This document shows, piece after piece, positions 9,272-18,361 of a DNA stretch of 64,000 nt (its first letter is position 1; each line of letters opens with the position of its first letter). The stretch comes from Dehalococcoidia bacterium (lineage in GTDB: Bacteria > Chloroflexota > Dehalococcoidia > Lucifugimonadales > GCA-2712585). A program made the translations under genes and the position numbers. The notes under the pieces were generated by a model that had not been told where the DNA came from, did not search any database, and worked only from the letters and a program-made list of their open reading frames with translations. The stretch is taken from assembly GCA_965247585.1 (NCBI GenBank), contig CBDFHC010000001.1, positions 17,042 to 81,041 of the forward strand, in the 5' to 3' direction.

Positions 9272-9725
9272 GGGGTCTGGGGGTATCCCCCAGACCCCCT
9301 TCCAGAGAGGGAACTCCCTCTCTGGACTCTCCCTTGGAGGACGTTTTTGAAGGACGGGTTATTTTTGTGGGCGATCTGCGGCGGCGGTGGGTGTGGCTTC
9401 TGCGAAGGGAAGCGAATCACAGGTTGGTGGTGCCGACCCGAGACCGCCCGGGAAGGTTTCCAGGTTAATTTCTGAGGGACACCCTCAGATTCCCGGCAGG
9501 GGACCCAGGTTCCCTGCCGCCTCCTGTGGGGTTGGTGTTGTAAGGGAGGAGGTTTTGATTGGTGAGGGAGTCAGCCATTTCGATGGGTTGGGCTGCCGCA
9601 GAGAATTGGAAATCAAGGGTTGGTGGTGCCCACCCGAGACCGCCCGGGAAGGTTTTTAGGTTAATTTCTGAGGGACACCCTCAGGCTCCCGGCAGCACCA
9701 TCTGGGTTCCCATCGCGCGCGTGGG
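9272..9725 (+). repeat. Intergenic mosaic repeat: A 3'-fragment + two module-A copies
   Basis: It starts at the stop codon with a perfect 13-bp stem: GGGGGTCTGGGGG-TAT-CCCCCAGACCCCC (9271..9299). Next comes CCAGAGAGGGAACTCCCTCTCTGGACTCTCCC. Two A copies follow, with cores at about 9472 and 9668. Confidence 0.85.
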
Positions 9726-9773
9726 CAGCTGAGGCGGTGAAAAAATTACGGAATTTCGGTAAGCTGTAAGGCG

Positions 9774-11687
9774 ATGAGAGACGAAAAGAGGCAACAGGAA
9801 ACAGTGACCGGTATGGACGAGAGCCAGCGGGGTCTGGTGCGGCGCGTGGCGGGTTCGTTCATGCCGTACCGGGCTTCGGTCAGTTTTGTGGCGCTGCTGA
9901 TACTGGTGACGGCGGGAGTGGGGGTGGTGAACCCGCTGCTGATCCGGGTGGTGTTCGATTCGGCGCTGTTCCCAGCGCAGGGGGGTCCTGACCTGAACTT
10001 GCTGTGGTGGCTGGGGGGGATTATGGCGGGGATCACGGTGGTGACGGGGTTGTTGGGAATAGTCCAGACGTATCTGACGAACCGGATAGGGCAGAGGGTG
10101 ATGCGGGACCTGCGGAACCGGCTGTACGGGCACCTGCAAGGCCTGTCGCTGGGGTTCTTCACCGGGACGCGGACCGGGGAGATACAGTCACGAATCGCCA
10201 ACGACGTGGGCGGGGTGCAGAACGTGGTGACGAGCACGCTGTCCCAGGTGTTGTCCAATACGGTGATAGTGATCAGCACTATTGTGGCGATGTCCATACT
10301 TTCGTGGCAGCTGACGCTGGTGGCCATCGGCACGATGCCGGTGTTCCTGCTGCTTACCAAATTTGTGGGGGCACGAAGGCGTGCGGTGATGGCGGAGTCG
10401 CAGGAGGCGGCGGCGGAGGTGACGGCGATAACGCAGGAAACGCTTTCGATATCAGGCATCATGCTGGCGAAGCTGTTCGGCAGGCAGAAGCAGGAGGAGC
10501 GGCGGTTCCGAGGGGAGAACCAGCGGCTATCAGACCTGGCGATACGGGTGCAGATGACGGGGCAGGCGTTCTTTGCGGCGATGCAGATATTCTTCTCGGT
10601 GTCGCCGGTGGCGGTGTATTTGATAGCGGGGTACCTGCTTTCTGGGAGCGGGACGCTGGCGGTTTCCGCCGGGACGATAGTGGCGTTCACGACGTTGCAA
10701 GCCAGGCTGTTCTTCCCGATAGGGAGCCTGATGCAGATCTCGGTGGAATTGCAGTCGTCGCTGGCGCTGTTCGAGCGGATATTCGGCTACCTGGACATTA
10801 AGCCGGACATAGTGGACTCGCCGGATGCCAGGGAGTTGAGCCCCAAGCAAGTGGATGGGAAGATCGAGTTCGATTCGGTGCGGATGTCATATGGCGGGGG
10901 GACGGGCGAGGAAACGAAGGAATCCGAGCTGAGGTGGGCGCTGGACGGGGTTAGCTTTGAGATTGAGCCGGGGCAACTGGCGGCGTTCGTGGGGCCCAGC
11001 GGAGCGGGGAAGACGACGGTTTCGTACCTGGTACCGCGGTTGTACGACCCCACGGGCGGGACGGTAAAGATAGACGGCATTGACGTGAGGGAGATTCGAC
11101 TAGACTCGCTGGCGAGGATGGTAGGGTACGTAACGCAGGAGAGCTACTTGTTCCACGCCAGTCTTAGGAGCAACATGCTGTACGGGGACCCGGAGGCGAC
11201 GCAGGAGGAGCTGGAGGCGGCGGCGCGGGCAGCGTTCATACACGACCGGATTATGGAGTTTGCGGAGGGGTACGACACAGTGGTGGGTGAACGAGGGTAC
11301 CGGCTTTCTGGGGGAGAGCGGCAAAGGCTTTCGATAGCGAGGGTGATACTGCACGACCCGCGGGTGCTGATATTGGACGAGGCGACGTCTGCGCTGGACA
11401 CGGCCAGCGAACGGCAGATCCAGGCAGCGCTGGCGCCGCTGATGAAGGGCCGTACGACGATAGCGATAGCGCACCGGCTTTCGACGATACAGGCGGCGGA
11501 CGTAATATTCGCGATTGACCGTGGGAGGATAGTGGAGCAGGGGACGCACCGGGAGCTGCTGCGGAGGAGCGGGCTGTACGCGCACCTTTACGAGGAGCAG
11601 TTTGGGGGTGGGCGAATTGAGTGCCGTTGCGAGGATGGGATGGTGATGAGCGATGGGAAGATCTTGAGCTTGAGCGGAGGGCGCTAG
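9774..11687 (+). CDS. ABC exporter, fused permease/ATP-binding protein (MsbA-like)
   Basis: 637 aa. N-terminal six-TM ABC_membrane region, then Walker A GPSGAGKTT, signature LSGGERQRLSIAR and Walker B ILILDEATSALD. Confidence 0.9.
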   Translation: MRDEKRQQETVTGMDESQRGLVRRVAGSFMPYRASVSFVALLILVTAGVGVVNPLLIRVVFDSALFPAQGGPDLNLLWWLGGIMAGITVVTGLLGIVQTYLTNRIGQRVMRDLRNRLYGHLQGLSLGFFTGTRTGEIQSRIANDVGGVQNVVTSTLSQVLSNTVIVISTIVAMSILSWQLTLVAIGTMPVFLLLTKFVGARRRAVMAESQEAAAEVTAITQETLSISGIMLAKLFGRQKQEERRFRGENQRLSDLAIRVQMTGQAFFAAMQIFFSVSPVAVYLIAGYLLSGSGTLAVSAGTIVAFTTLQARLFFPIGSLMQISVELQSSLALFERIFGYLDIKPDIVDSPDARELSPKQVDGKIEFDSVRMSYGGGTGEETKESELRWALDGVSFEIEPGQLAAFVGPSGAGKTTVSYLVPRLYDPTGGTVKIDGIDVREIRLDSLARMVGYVTQESYLFHASLRSNMLYGDPEATQEELEAAARAAFIHDRIMEFAEGYDTVVGERGYRLSGGERQRLSIARVILHDPRVLILDEATSALDTASERQIQAALAPLMKGRTTIAIAHRLSTIQAADVIFAIDRGRIVEQGTHRELLRRSGLYAHLYEEQFGGGRIECRCEDGMVMSDGKILSLSGGR

Positions 11688-11805
11688 GGGTTGGAGAGGG
11701 GGAGGAACGGCGAAGGGGCCAGGGATAACTGAGAGTTTTAGGGCATGGGATAGACGCCTTCTGACGCAGGACGGCAAATGGGGAGGGCGATTTAGAGACA
11801 AAAAG

Positions 11806-11834
11806 AGAGGGGAGCGATTTAATCGCTCCCCTCT
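11806..11834 (-). terminator. Intrinsic terminator-like hairpin downstream of the zinc-ribbon gene
   Basis: AGAGGGGAGCGAT-TTA-ATCGCTCCCCTCT is a perfect 13-bp stem. On the minus strand it is followed by a T-run (the A-run at 11800-11804 on plus). It lies between convergent genes. Confidence 0.6.
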
Positions 11835-11853
11835 AGCTATTGCCTACGTTCGT

Positions 11854-12279
11854 TTACCAGCGTGGGGGTGAAGACGAGCGCTGTTTGCTGAAGCAATCGC
11901 TACAGTAAACGGGTCGGTCGCCACGAGGGAGAAAAGGCACGGTGGTGTCTGTGCCGCATTCGGCGCAAACAACGGCGTGCATCTCGCGCTGGGTGGACTG
12001 GCCGTAGCCACCGTCTCGCTGGCCACGTCGTGCCTGGCGGCAGTTGGTGCAGCGCTTGGGCTCATTAGTGAAACCCTTCTGCGCGTGGTACGACTGGTCG
12101 TCGGCGCTGAAGGTAAACGGTTGCCCGCAGTCCAAGCAGGTGAGTGTCCTATCTACGTAATTAATTGGTCGACTCCTTCCTATGATAGTTGGCAGGCGGG
12201 TGTACGCCGATACCGAGGAAGCAGTAGACCATCCGGTGGGGACTGAAGGGAACCTGGTGGGCTCCCGATGAAACCACAA
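11854..12279 (-). CDS. Zinc-ribbon protein with two CxxC..CxxC modules
   Basis: ..TLTCLDCGQPFTFSADDQSYHAQKGFTNEPKRCTNCRQAR.. and ..AVVCAECGTDTTVPFLPRGDRPVYCSDCF.. match the widespread CxxC-x17-CxxC zinc-ribbon proteins. Homologues usually start just before ..DRTLTC, so the true start is probably near 12165-12175 (GGAAGGAG lies upstream). The ORF-track start is given. Confidence 0.7.
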   Translation of the reverse strand: MWFHREPTRFPSVPTGWSTASSVSAYTRLPTIIGRSRPINYVDRTLTCLDCGQPFTFSADDQSYHAQKGFTNEPKRCTNCRQARRGQRDGGYGQSTQREMHAVVCAECGTDTTVPFLPRGDRPVYCSDCFSKQRSSSPPRW

Positions 12280-12439
12280 AGGACGCTATTACGATCTTAG
12301 TCAGGGACACGAAACCTTGCCACGAGGGGCATTATATCAGACGAAAGGGGGAAAATCCAGTGTACAGCTATATTGGTGTGACATTTAGATGGCGCGGAAC
12401 TTAGAATGGCAGCGCTGGAGGGAGAGGAGATTTGTGCGT

Positions 12440-13170
12440 GGGAGGTTGGGACCGGAACAACCAGGGATGAAAATGCGAGGCTGGGATGGATGGAAGGGGG
12501 TGCCAGGGTGGGACATGCTCCACCCTGCCCCACCCAGAATCCTCGATCTTGAAGGACGGACTCGGAATGACATGTTGGCGTCCAGCTCCAGGGAGGATGA
12601 AAAACCAGGATTGGAATCCGAAGCGGGCGCCGCGGTAGGAATTGCTCTGCCCCGCACGCAGATTCTTCGATCCTCACGGGCGGATTCAGAATGACATGGT
12701 GGGGAGCGGAATGTAGTATGGGTTCGTCCTTCGGGAGCCTCAGGAGGCTCATTTTCATAGGAATAGCATGACACATTAGTATGCTCTATTGGCGATGAAG
12801 AAACGTGGCCTGAGCCATGGGAAGCGGGCTGAAACGCTATTTGCGAGGCAATCAGGCTTGCCGGTTGCGACCGGCACCACCACCGAAGAAAATCGGCGCT
12901 GGCAGGGCGCACTGGAGCCACGGATAGGCTATCTCCCAGGCAATCAGGCATGGTGATAGGTCTTTTCACCAGAGAGGACTGAAAATCGAAGGTTGGTGGT
13001 TCTCACCATCCCGCCAAGGAAGGTTCAAAAAACGATTTCTGAGGGACACAGTCAGACTCCCGGCAGCCACCACCCACCACCCAGGTTCCCTGCACTCTCC
13101 AGTGTGGTTGGTGTAGATTGCGTACTGGAGGCGCCCTTTCAAAGGACGGGCTGGGCTATTTTCGAGGCAA
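12440..13170 (+). repeat. Intergenic mosaic repeat: C+B, C'+B, truncated D + E, C, A
   Basis: Two B cores (..GGACTCGGAATGACATG near 12553; ..GGATTCAGAATGACATGG near 12681). Then ..GGTTCGTCCTTCGGGAGCCTCAGGAGGCTCATTTTCATAGGAATAGCATG.., GCTTGCCGGTTGCGACCGGCACCACC.., and an A copy with its core at about 13039. Confidence 0.85.
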
Positions 13171-13207
13171 GGGGTCCAAAATCATGAATACGGGAGGAAG
13201 GTAGAGC

Positions 13208-13408
13208 ATGGCCGCGACAGAACCGGGAGAGATTACGATGGAGGAGCTGGAAACGCTGGCGCGCAGGGCTGGGCTGGCCCTTACGCCGGCAGAGTTGGAG
13301 GAGATGAAGCCGCAATACGACCTGTACGCGGAGATGATAAGGCTGGTCCATTCGGTGGACCTGGAGGCGGGGGAGTCAGGGGTGACTTTCCGGCCGGACT
13401 GGGGATAG
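13208..13408 (+). CDS. Small GatC/AtzG-like protein (putative amidase partner subunit)
   Basis: 66 aa. ..ITMEELETLARRAGLALTPAELEEMKPQYDLYAEMIRLVHSVDLE.. resembles the helical GatC-type text. GGAGGAAGG RBS lies upstream. It sits upstream of an amidase-signature gene on the same strand, and a second such pair is at 55690..57531. Confidence 0.55.
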   Translation: MAATEPGEITMEELETLARRAGLALTPAELEEMKPQYDLYAEMIRLVHSVDLEAGESGVTFRPDWG

Positions 13409-13454
13409 GGGCAAGGGAGCGAGGTGTAGACCGGTGGGAAATGTTAGGGCGAAT

Positions 13455-13630
13455 CTTTCATGCCGGTTGCCACCGGCACCACAGAGGGTTGGAAATCCCA
13501 GATCAGGAATGTTTTTCGAGTTTATTTCTAAGAGACATCCTCAGACGCCCGGCAGAGAGGGATGGCCCCCTCGGGACTCCCCCTTGAAGGCTTTTACAAT
13601 TAGTGAACGGTGCTATTTTCGAGGCGATAA
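13455..13630 (+). repeat. Intergenic mosaic repeat (C + 3' half of A) between the GatC-like ORF and the amidase
   Basis: CATGCCGGTTGCCACCGGCACCACAGAGGGTTGGAAATC.. then ..TTTCTAAGAGACATCCTCAGACGCCCGGCAGAGAGGGATGGCCCCCTCGGGACTCCCCC.. Confidence 0.8.
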
Positions 13631-13657
13631 CAAATCAGGAGAGACGGTGGTGAGGAT

Positions 13658-15064
13658 ATGACAACTACGGAAACGAACCTCTGTTATTTGACGATTTCCC
13701 AGGCGGGGGAGTTGCTTAGGACGCAAAAGCTTTCGCCGGTGGAGCTGACGCGGGCGTTCCTGGACCGTATTGAGGCGGTGGACGAGAAGCTGCACTGCTA
13801 CATTCTGGTGACGGCGGAGGAGGCGCTGAGGCAGGCCAGGACGGCGGAGGCGGAGATACTGCGGGGCGGTTACCGCGGTCCGATGCACGGGATACCGTTT
13901 GCGCTGAAGGACATTTACGACACGGCGGGGATCACGACGACGGCGGGGTCCCGGTTGTTCTTGGACCGGGTGCCGACGGAGGACGCGACCACCACGGCGC
14001 GGTTGAAGGCGGCGGGCGGGGTGCTGTTGGGGAAGCTGCACACGTACGAGTTCGCGCTGGGCGGGCCGGACTTCTCGACGCCGTTTCCCCCGGCGCGAAA
14101 CCCGTGGAACACGGAGCACACTACGGGAGGTTCCAGCAGCGGGTCCGGGGCGGGGGTGGCGGCGGGGTTGACGATGGGGGCGCTGGGCTCCTGCACCGGG
14201 GGGTCGATTCGAGGACCGGCGTCGCTGTGCGGTATTGTGGGGCTGAAGGCGACTTACGGGCGGGTGAGCCGGGCGGGGGTGGTGACGCTTAGCTGGTCGC
14301 AGGACCACTGCGGGCCGATGACGTGGACGGTGGAGGACACGGCGGTGATGTTGCAGGCCATAGCGGGGCACGACCCGAGGGACCCGGCTAGCAGCCGCGC
14401 CCCGGTACCGGACTATTCGCTGGCGCTGCGGGAGGATGTGAAGGGGATGGTGCTGGGGCTGCCGCGGGACTATTTCTTCAGTCCCAGCGCAGACGTGAGC
14501 GCAGAGGTGGTCTCGATTGTGGAGAAGGGGGTGGCGGCGCTGGAGGGCTTGGGGGCGCGGGTGGAGGAGGTGAGCCTGCCGAGCCTGCCATATGTCAGGG
14601 CGGCGAACTCGGTGATTATGATAAGTGAGGCGGCGGCGTTCCACCAGAAAAACCTGGCGGAGCGGCCGCAGGACTACGGCGACGTGACCAGGGCGCGGTT
14701 TCGGCTGGGGCGGATGTTCACGGCGCGGGACTATGTGCAGGCGCAGCGGTGGCGGCCGGTGGCGGTGCGGGAGTTCGCGGCGGCGCTACAGAAGGTGGAC
14801 CTTCTGGTGACGCCAACGATGACGCAGCCAGCGGGCAAGTTTGAGGGGTACGACCCGCTGTTCACGTCGAAGGGGCCCAGCTTCACGGCGCCGTTCAATT
14901 TCACGGGGCTGCCGGCGATATCGGTGCCGGCGGGGTTTACCGAGGCAGGGCTGCCGGTGGGGATGCAGATAGCTGGGAAGCCGTTCGACGAGCCGGGGGT
15001 GATAAGGGCGGCGTACACGTACCAGCAGCACGCGCGGTGGTTCGAGAGGAGGCCGCCTGTATAG
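13658..15064 (+). CDS. Amidase-signature family enzyme (GatA/AtzE-like), copy 1
   Basis: 468 aa. ..HGIPFALKD.. and the Gly/Ser-rich amidase signature GGSSSGSGAGVAAG. Good RBS (GGAGAG..GGTGAGGAT) before the ATG. Confidence 0.9.
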   Translation: MTTTETNLCYLTISQAGELLRTQKLSPVELTRAFLDRIEAVDEKLHCYILVTAEEALRQARTAEAEILRGGYRGPMHGIPFALKDIYDTAGITTTAGSRLFLDRVPTEDATTTARLKAAGGVLLGKLHTYEFALGGPDFSTPFPPARNPWNTEHTTGGSSSGSGAGVAAGLTMGALGSCTGGSIRGPASLCGIVGLKATYGRVSRAGVVTLSWSQDHCGPMTWTVEDTAVMLQAIAGHDPRDPASSRAPVPDYSLALREDVKGMVLGLPRDYFFSPSADVSAEVVSIVEKGVAALEGLGARVEEVSLPSLPYVRAANSVIMISEAAAFHQKNLAERPQDYGDVTRARFRLGRMFTARDYVQAQRWRPVAVREFAAALQKVDLLVTPTMTQPAGKFEGYDPLFTSKGPSFTAPFNFTGLPAISVPAGFTEAGLPVGMQIAGKPFDEPGVIRAAYTYQQHARWFERRPPV

Positions 15065-15065
15065 G

Positions 15066-16045
15066 AAGGGGGCACCCCTCAGACTCCCGGCAGGGAACCT
15101 GGTTTCCCTGCACTCTCCTGTATTGGTTGGCGGGCACCACCAAACCGTTCATCTTTCCGGAAGGAAAGTGGTATGGGCTCGTCGTTGGAGGGCCTCAGGA
15201 TGAGCGGGTTGGAACGGCTGGCAAGATTTATGTTCAAGTGAATCAGCAATGGCGATGGGGATGGTTGCCACGAGGGGTTGAAATCACAGGTTGGTGGCGC
15301 CCGCCGACCCGACCCGGAGGGTTATTAAGAGTTTATTTCTTAGGTAGACCCTCAAGTTTGTGAGTAAATCGAGTTGGAACAGCGATAGTGGGCGCGAGGG
15401 TTGGATGTGCTCTCCCACCACAACCAGATTCTTCGAACCTCAAGGGCGGACTCAGAATGACGTGTGTTTTGCGGGCGCTGAACGCAGGAAATTGAGACGC
15501 TGAAAAAACCGACGGAACCAAAGACTTAGAGCCGCTAAGGATGAGCGGGTTGGAACGGCTGGCGAGATTCATGTTCAAGGGAATCAGCAATGGCGATGGG
15601 GATGGTTGCCACGAGGGGTTGAAATCAGAGGTTGATGGCGTCCGCCGACCGGCCCCGGAGGGTTATTAAGAGTTTATTTCTGAGGGACACCGTCAAGCTC
15701 GTGAGTAAATTGAGCTGGAACAGCGATAGTGGGCGCGAGGGTTGGATGTGCTCTCCCACCACACCCAGATTCTTCGAACCTCACGGGCGGACTCAGAATG
15801 AAATGTCTTTTGCGGGCGCTGAACGCAAGAAATTGGGACGCTGAAAAAACCGACGGACCCAAAGTCTCAGAGCCGCTAAGGGTGACATGAAGGGGGATGG
15901 ACTGAGGATAGCGTCGCCTGGGAATGGGCAAGGGAAGCTGATGGGCTCCTATTTGCGGGTCAATCAGGCATGCCGGTTGGGAGTGGCATAACGAGGGATG
16001 AAAACGAATTGGGAGTGGCATAACGAGGGATGAAAACGAAATGGA
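15066..16045 (+). repeat. Intergenic mosaic repeat block incl. a 341-bp tandem duplication
   Basis: It starts 1 nt after the stop with an A 3'-fragment (..CCCCTCAGACTCCCGGCAGGGAACCTGGTTTCCCTGCACTCTCC) plus D. Two copies of a composite unit follow (D 3'-end + A + B + GCTGAAAAAACCGACGGA..) at 15198..15538 and 15539..15880. It ends with a C-type module. Confidence 0.9.
15979..16042 (+). repeat. 32-bp direct tandem duplication inside a C-type module
   Basis: GGGAGTGGCATAACGAGGGATGAAAACGAATT (15979..16010) is repeated as GGGAGTGGCATAACGAGGGATGAAAACGAAAT (16011..16042). Confidence 0.9.
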
Positions 16046-16338
16046 AGGGATCACGGAAGTGGAAGACGCCGGTGTGACGGAGGGCGGCGGATGAGGTGGC
16101 CGGTTGGGGCAGCGGAGCAAATGAGACATGCGTTGCGAAGTTATGTAATGTAAGAGCTTGACGGCCGTAAACGGCAGGAATGTTACGAGATCACTAAGTA
16201 GGATGCATAGTGATTGACAGTGACCTGGAAAGGCTGGTAGCCTCCAGTGCAACTTTGCTAAGCTGACGCTAAGCTACGGCCAAAGAGGCCGCGGATGCCA
16301 GTTGTATTGGTGAACCCTTATAAAAGCAGGAGGAGCCC

Positions 16339-18192
16339 ATGAAAAGTCTTTCACCCAGGGGATGGGGAATACGAGGAGCGTTGGCGCTAGTTACAGTGCT
16401 GACGCTGCTGATTCTAGCGTGCGGCGAAGACGCCACGCCCACAGCGACGACGGCGGCAGCGCAGCCGACAGCGCCGACGGCGGCAGCGCAGCCGACAGCG
16501 ACGACGGCGGCGGCGACGCCCACTGCGATGGCCCAAGCGGGGGCGTACCCGCAAGCGGGGGTTGGGGGAGTCCCAGCGTCCGTGGAGAAGGTGACAATTG
16601 CGGTGGACGACTGGGGCGCCAGCGAGTTGAACCCGTGGACGCTGGGGAACGTTTCGTTCTTGCACGACTACTTCAACCTGCGGATCATGATGCAGGATGA
16701 GAACGGTGACACGGTGGCCCTTTGGGCCACGGAATACGAGCTGACGAACGAGGGCGTGCGGTTCCAATTGAACCCTAATGCCAAGTTCCAAGACGGTACC
16801 CCGGCGGACGCCGAAGCGATGGCGGAGAATTTCCGCGGCTTCAGGGGCGACTACGTGGGGACAGCGGGTTACGAAGACCCTCTGTGGAACGGGTCCCAGC
16901 TTGGGGACGCTATCGAAAGCATTGAAGTAGTGAGTCCCACGGAGCTTTTTGTAGCAACGAGCCGACCGTTCCCGGCGTTCATGGAGAACTTTGGGGGGAA
17001 CGCGTACCACCTGTTCTGGTACGGGAACCCGACTCAACTAAGGAAGGGGCCGGATGCCTACCGGGAAAACCAGTACGGCGGCGGCCAGTATAGTATCAAG
17101 GAATGGAAGCCAGCCGAGAGCATCCTCTTTGAGAGATGGGAGGATTTCTGGGGGGACTACCCGTGGTACCAGAAGCCCCAGGTGCGGTTGATGGAATTCC
17201 TGGAGATCCCCGACCATTCGGCGCGTTTCGCGCTGGTGAAGAGCGGACAGGCGGACGTGGTATACAACATCCCCTGGGCGATAGCGAAGGACCTAGTACG
17301 CTCAGAGGATACGCAGCGGGGAGTGAACCCCGGCGGGACAGATATCTGGTCTCAGACGTATCAGGGAGGGGGCCATCTCCAGATGACCTTCATTCTGCCG
17401 CTGTTGGAGCGGGAGAGCCAGTTGCCGGAAGGGCGCGTCGACGCCGGCGGACTAGACATCAAGCAGTACGAATTCCCGGAGGAGTACCGGGGGGACCCGA
17501 CGCTGGACGCGCGGGTCCGAGAGGCACTGAACCTGGCGATAGACAAGCGACAGGTGTCAGCGACGGCGCACTTTGGGCTTTCGTTGCCCACGGGGTCCAT
17601 CTACGCCCCCGGCTCCTTCGGATGGAGGGACGAGGTGGGCTTTAACGCCAGTCCCTTCGACCCGGAACGGGCCAAGCAGCTTTTGGATGACGCCGGTTAC
17701 AGCGACGGATTTGAGCTGACCGGCCACTTCGGGCAGTTCGCGGGGCGTCCTGGGATAGTGGAGATGACGGATGCCATAGCCAGTTTCTGGGAAAAGATAG
17801 GCGTCAAGGTAACGTGGCAGGAACACGAGCCGGGTGATTACGTTAGGGGTATCCGGGTGCGTGGATGGCCGCAGGTGATGGTGCCGACGTTTGGACGGCA
17901 GGAGCATAGCGGCGTCCGGCTGAACGACAGCTACCATTCCACGGCTGGTTACATAGCCACCTGGGACGACGAAATAGACCGGCTGTTCTTTGAGGCCACG
18001 GGCACTACGGACGTGGACGAACAGCTTCAAGCGCTGGCGGCCCTGGAAGACCACGTGTTGAGTCTGAATGAGACCTTCCCGCTGTACGCCATGTCCCTGA
18101 TCACGGCATACTCAAACAGGGTTCTGGCGCATCCAACGGTGGAGTTCTCGCCGCACTTCAAGAGTTTTGACCGGTTGGTGCTAAAGGACTAA
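16339..18192 (+). CDS. ABC transporter substrate-binding lipoprotein, family 5 (Dpp/Opp/Nik type)
   Basis: 617 aa. Signal peptide with lipobox ..LTLLILAC. A Thr/Ala/Pro linker is partly encoded by a 27-bp tandem repeat (16450..16503). The remainder is an SBP_bac_5-like body. Strong RBS GCAGGAGGAG lies before the ATG. Confidence 0.85.
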   Translation: MKSLSPRGWGIRGALALVTVLTLLILACGEDATPTATTAAAQPTAPTAAAQPTATTAAATPTAMAQAGAYPQAGVGGVPASVEKVTIAVDDWGASELNPWTLGNVSFLHDYFNLRIMMQDENGDTVALWATEYELTNEGVRFQLNPNAKFQDGTPADAEAMAENFRGFRGDYVGTAGYEDPLWNGSQLGDAIESIEVVSPTELFVATSRPFPAFMENFGGNAYHLFWYGNPTQLRKGPDAYRENQYGGGQYSIKEWKPAESILFERWEDFWGDYPWYQKPQVRLMEFLEIPDHSARFALVKSGQADVVYNIPWAIAKDLVRSEDTQRGVNPGGTDIWSQTYQGGGHLQMTFILPLLERESQLPEGRVDAGGLDIKQYEFPEEYRGDPTLDARVREALNLAIDKRQVSATAHFGLSLPTGSIYAPGSFGWRDEVGFNASPFDPERAKQLLDDAGYSDGFELTGHFGQFAGRPGIVEMTDAIASFWEKIGVKVTWQEHEPGDYVRGIRVRGWPQVMVPTFGRQEHSGVRLNDSYHSTAGYIATWDDEIDRLFFEATGTTDVDEQLQALAALEDHVLSLNETFPLYAMSLITAYSNRVLAHPTVEFSPHFKSFDRLVLKD

Positions 18193-18240
18193 ACCGGAAC
18201 AGGTTCTCCAGGCGCACCAAAACAGGTTCAGGTAAAGATT

Positions 18241-18272
18241 CCGTGGCACCCGCCCTTGGGCGGGTGCCACGG
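18241..18272 (+). terminator. Strong intercistronic hairpin between SBP and permease genes (attenuator/terminator or mRNA-stabilising stem)
   Basis: CCGTGGCACCCGCC(C)-TTG-GGCGGGTGCCACGG gives a 14-bp perfect stem. The downstream tail AGCATTGTTT is only weakly U-rich, so full termination is uncertain. Confidence 0.4.
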
Positions 18273-18361
18273 AGCATTGTTTAGCCACAATGTCCAACGG
18301 GCGTGAGGGTCTGCACCTGCAAATGGAGCAGAGGTCAGAAAAGCAGGGGCGGGAGTAGAGA

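Noticed and set aside
16214-16243. Sigma70-like promoter TTGACA-18 nt-TAGCCT about 95 nt upstream of the SBP gene
   Set aside because: It is plausible, but a single hexamer match with a weak -10 and non-optimal spacing cannot be distinguished from chance by eye, so it is not reported as a feature.
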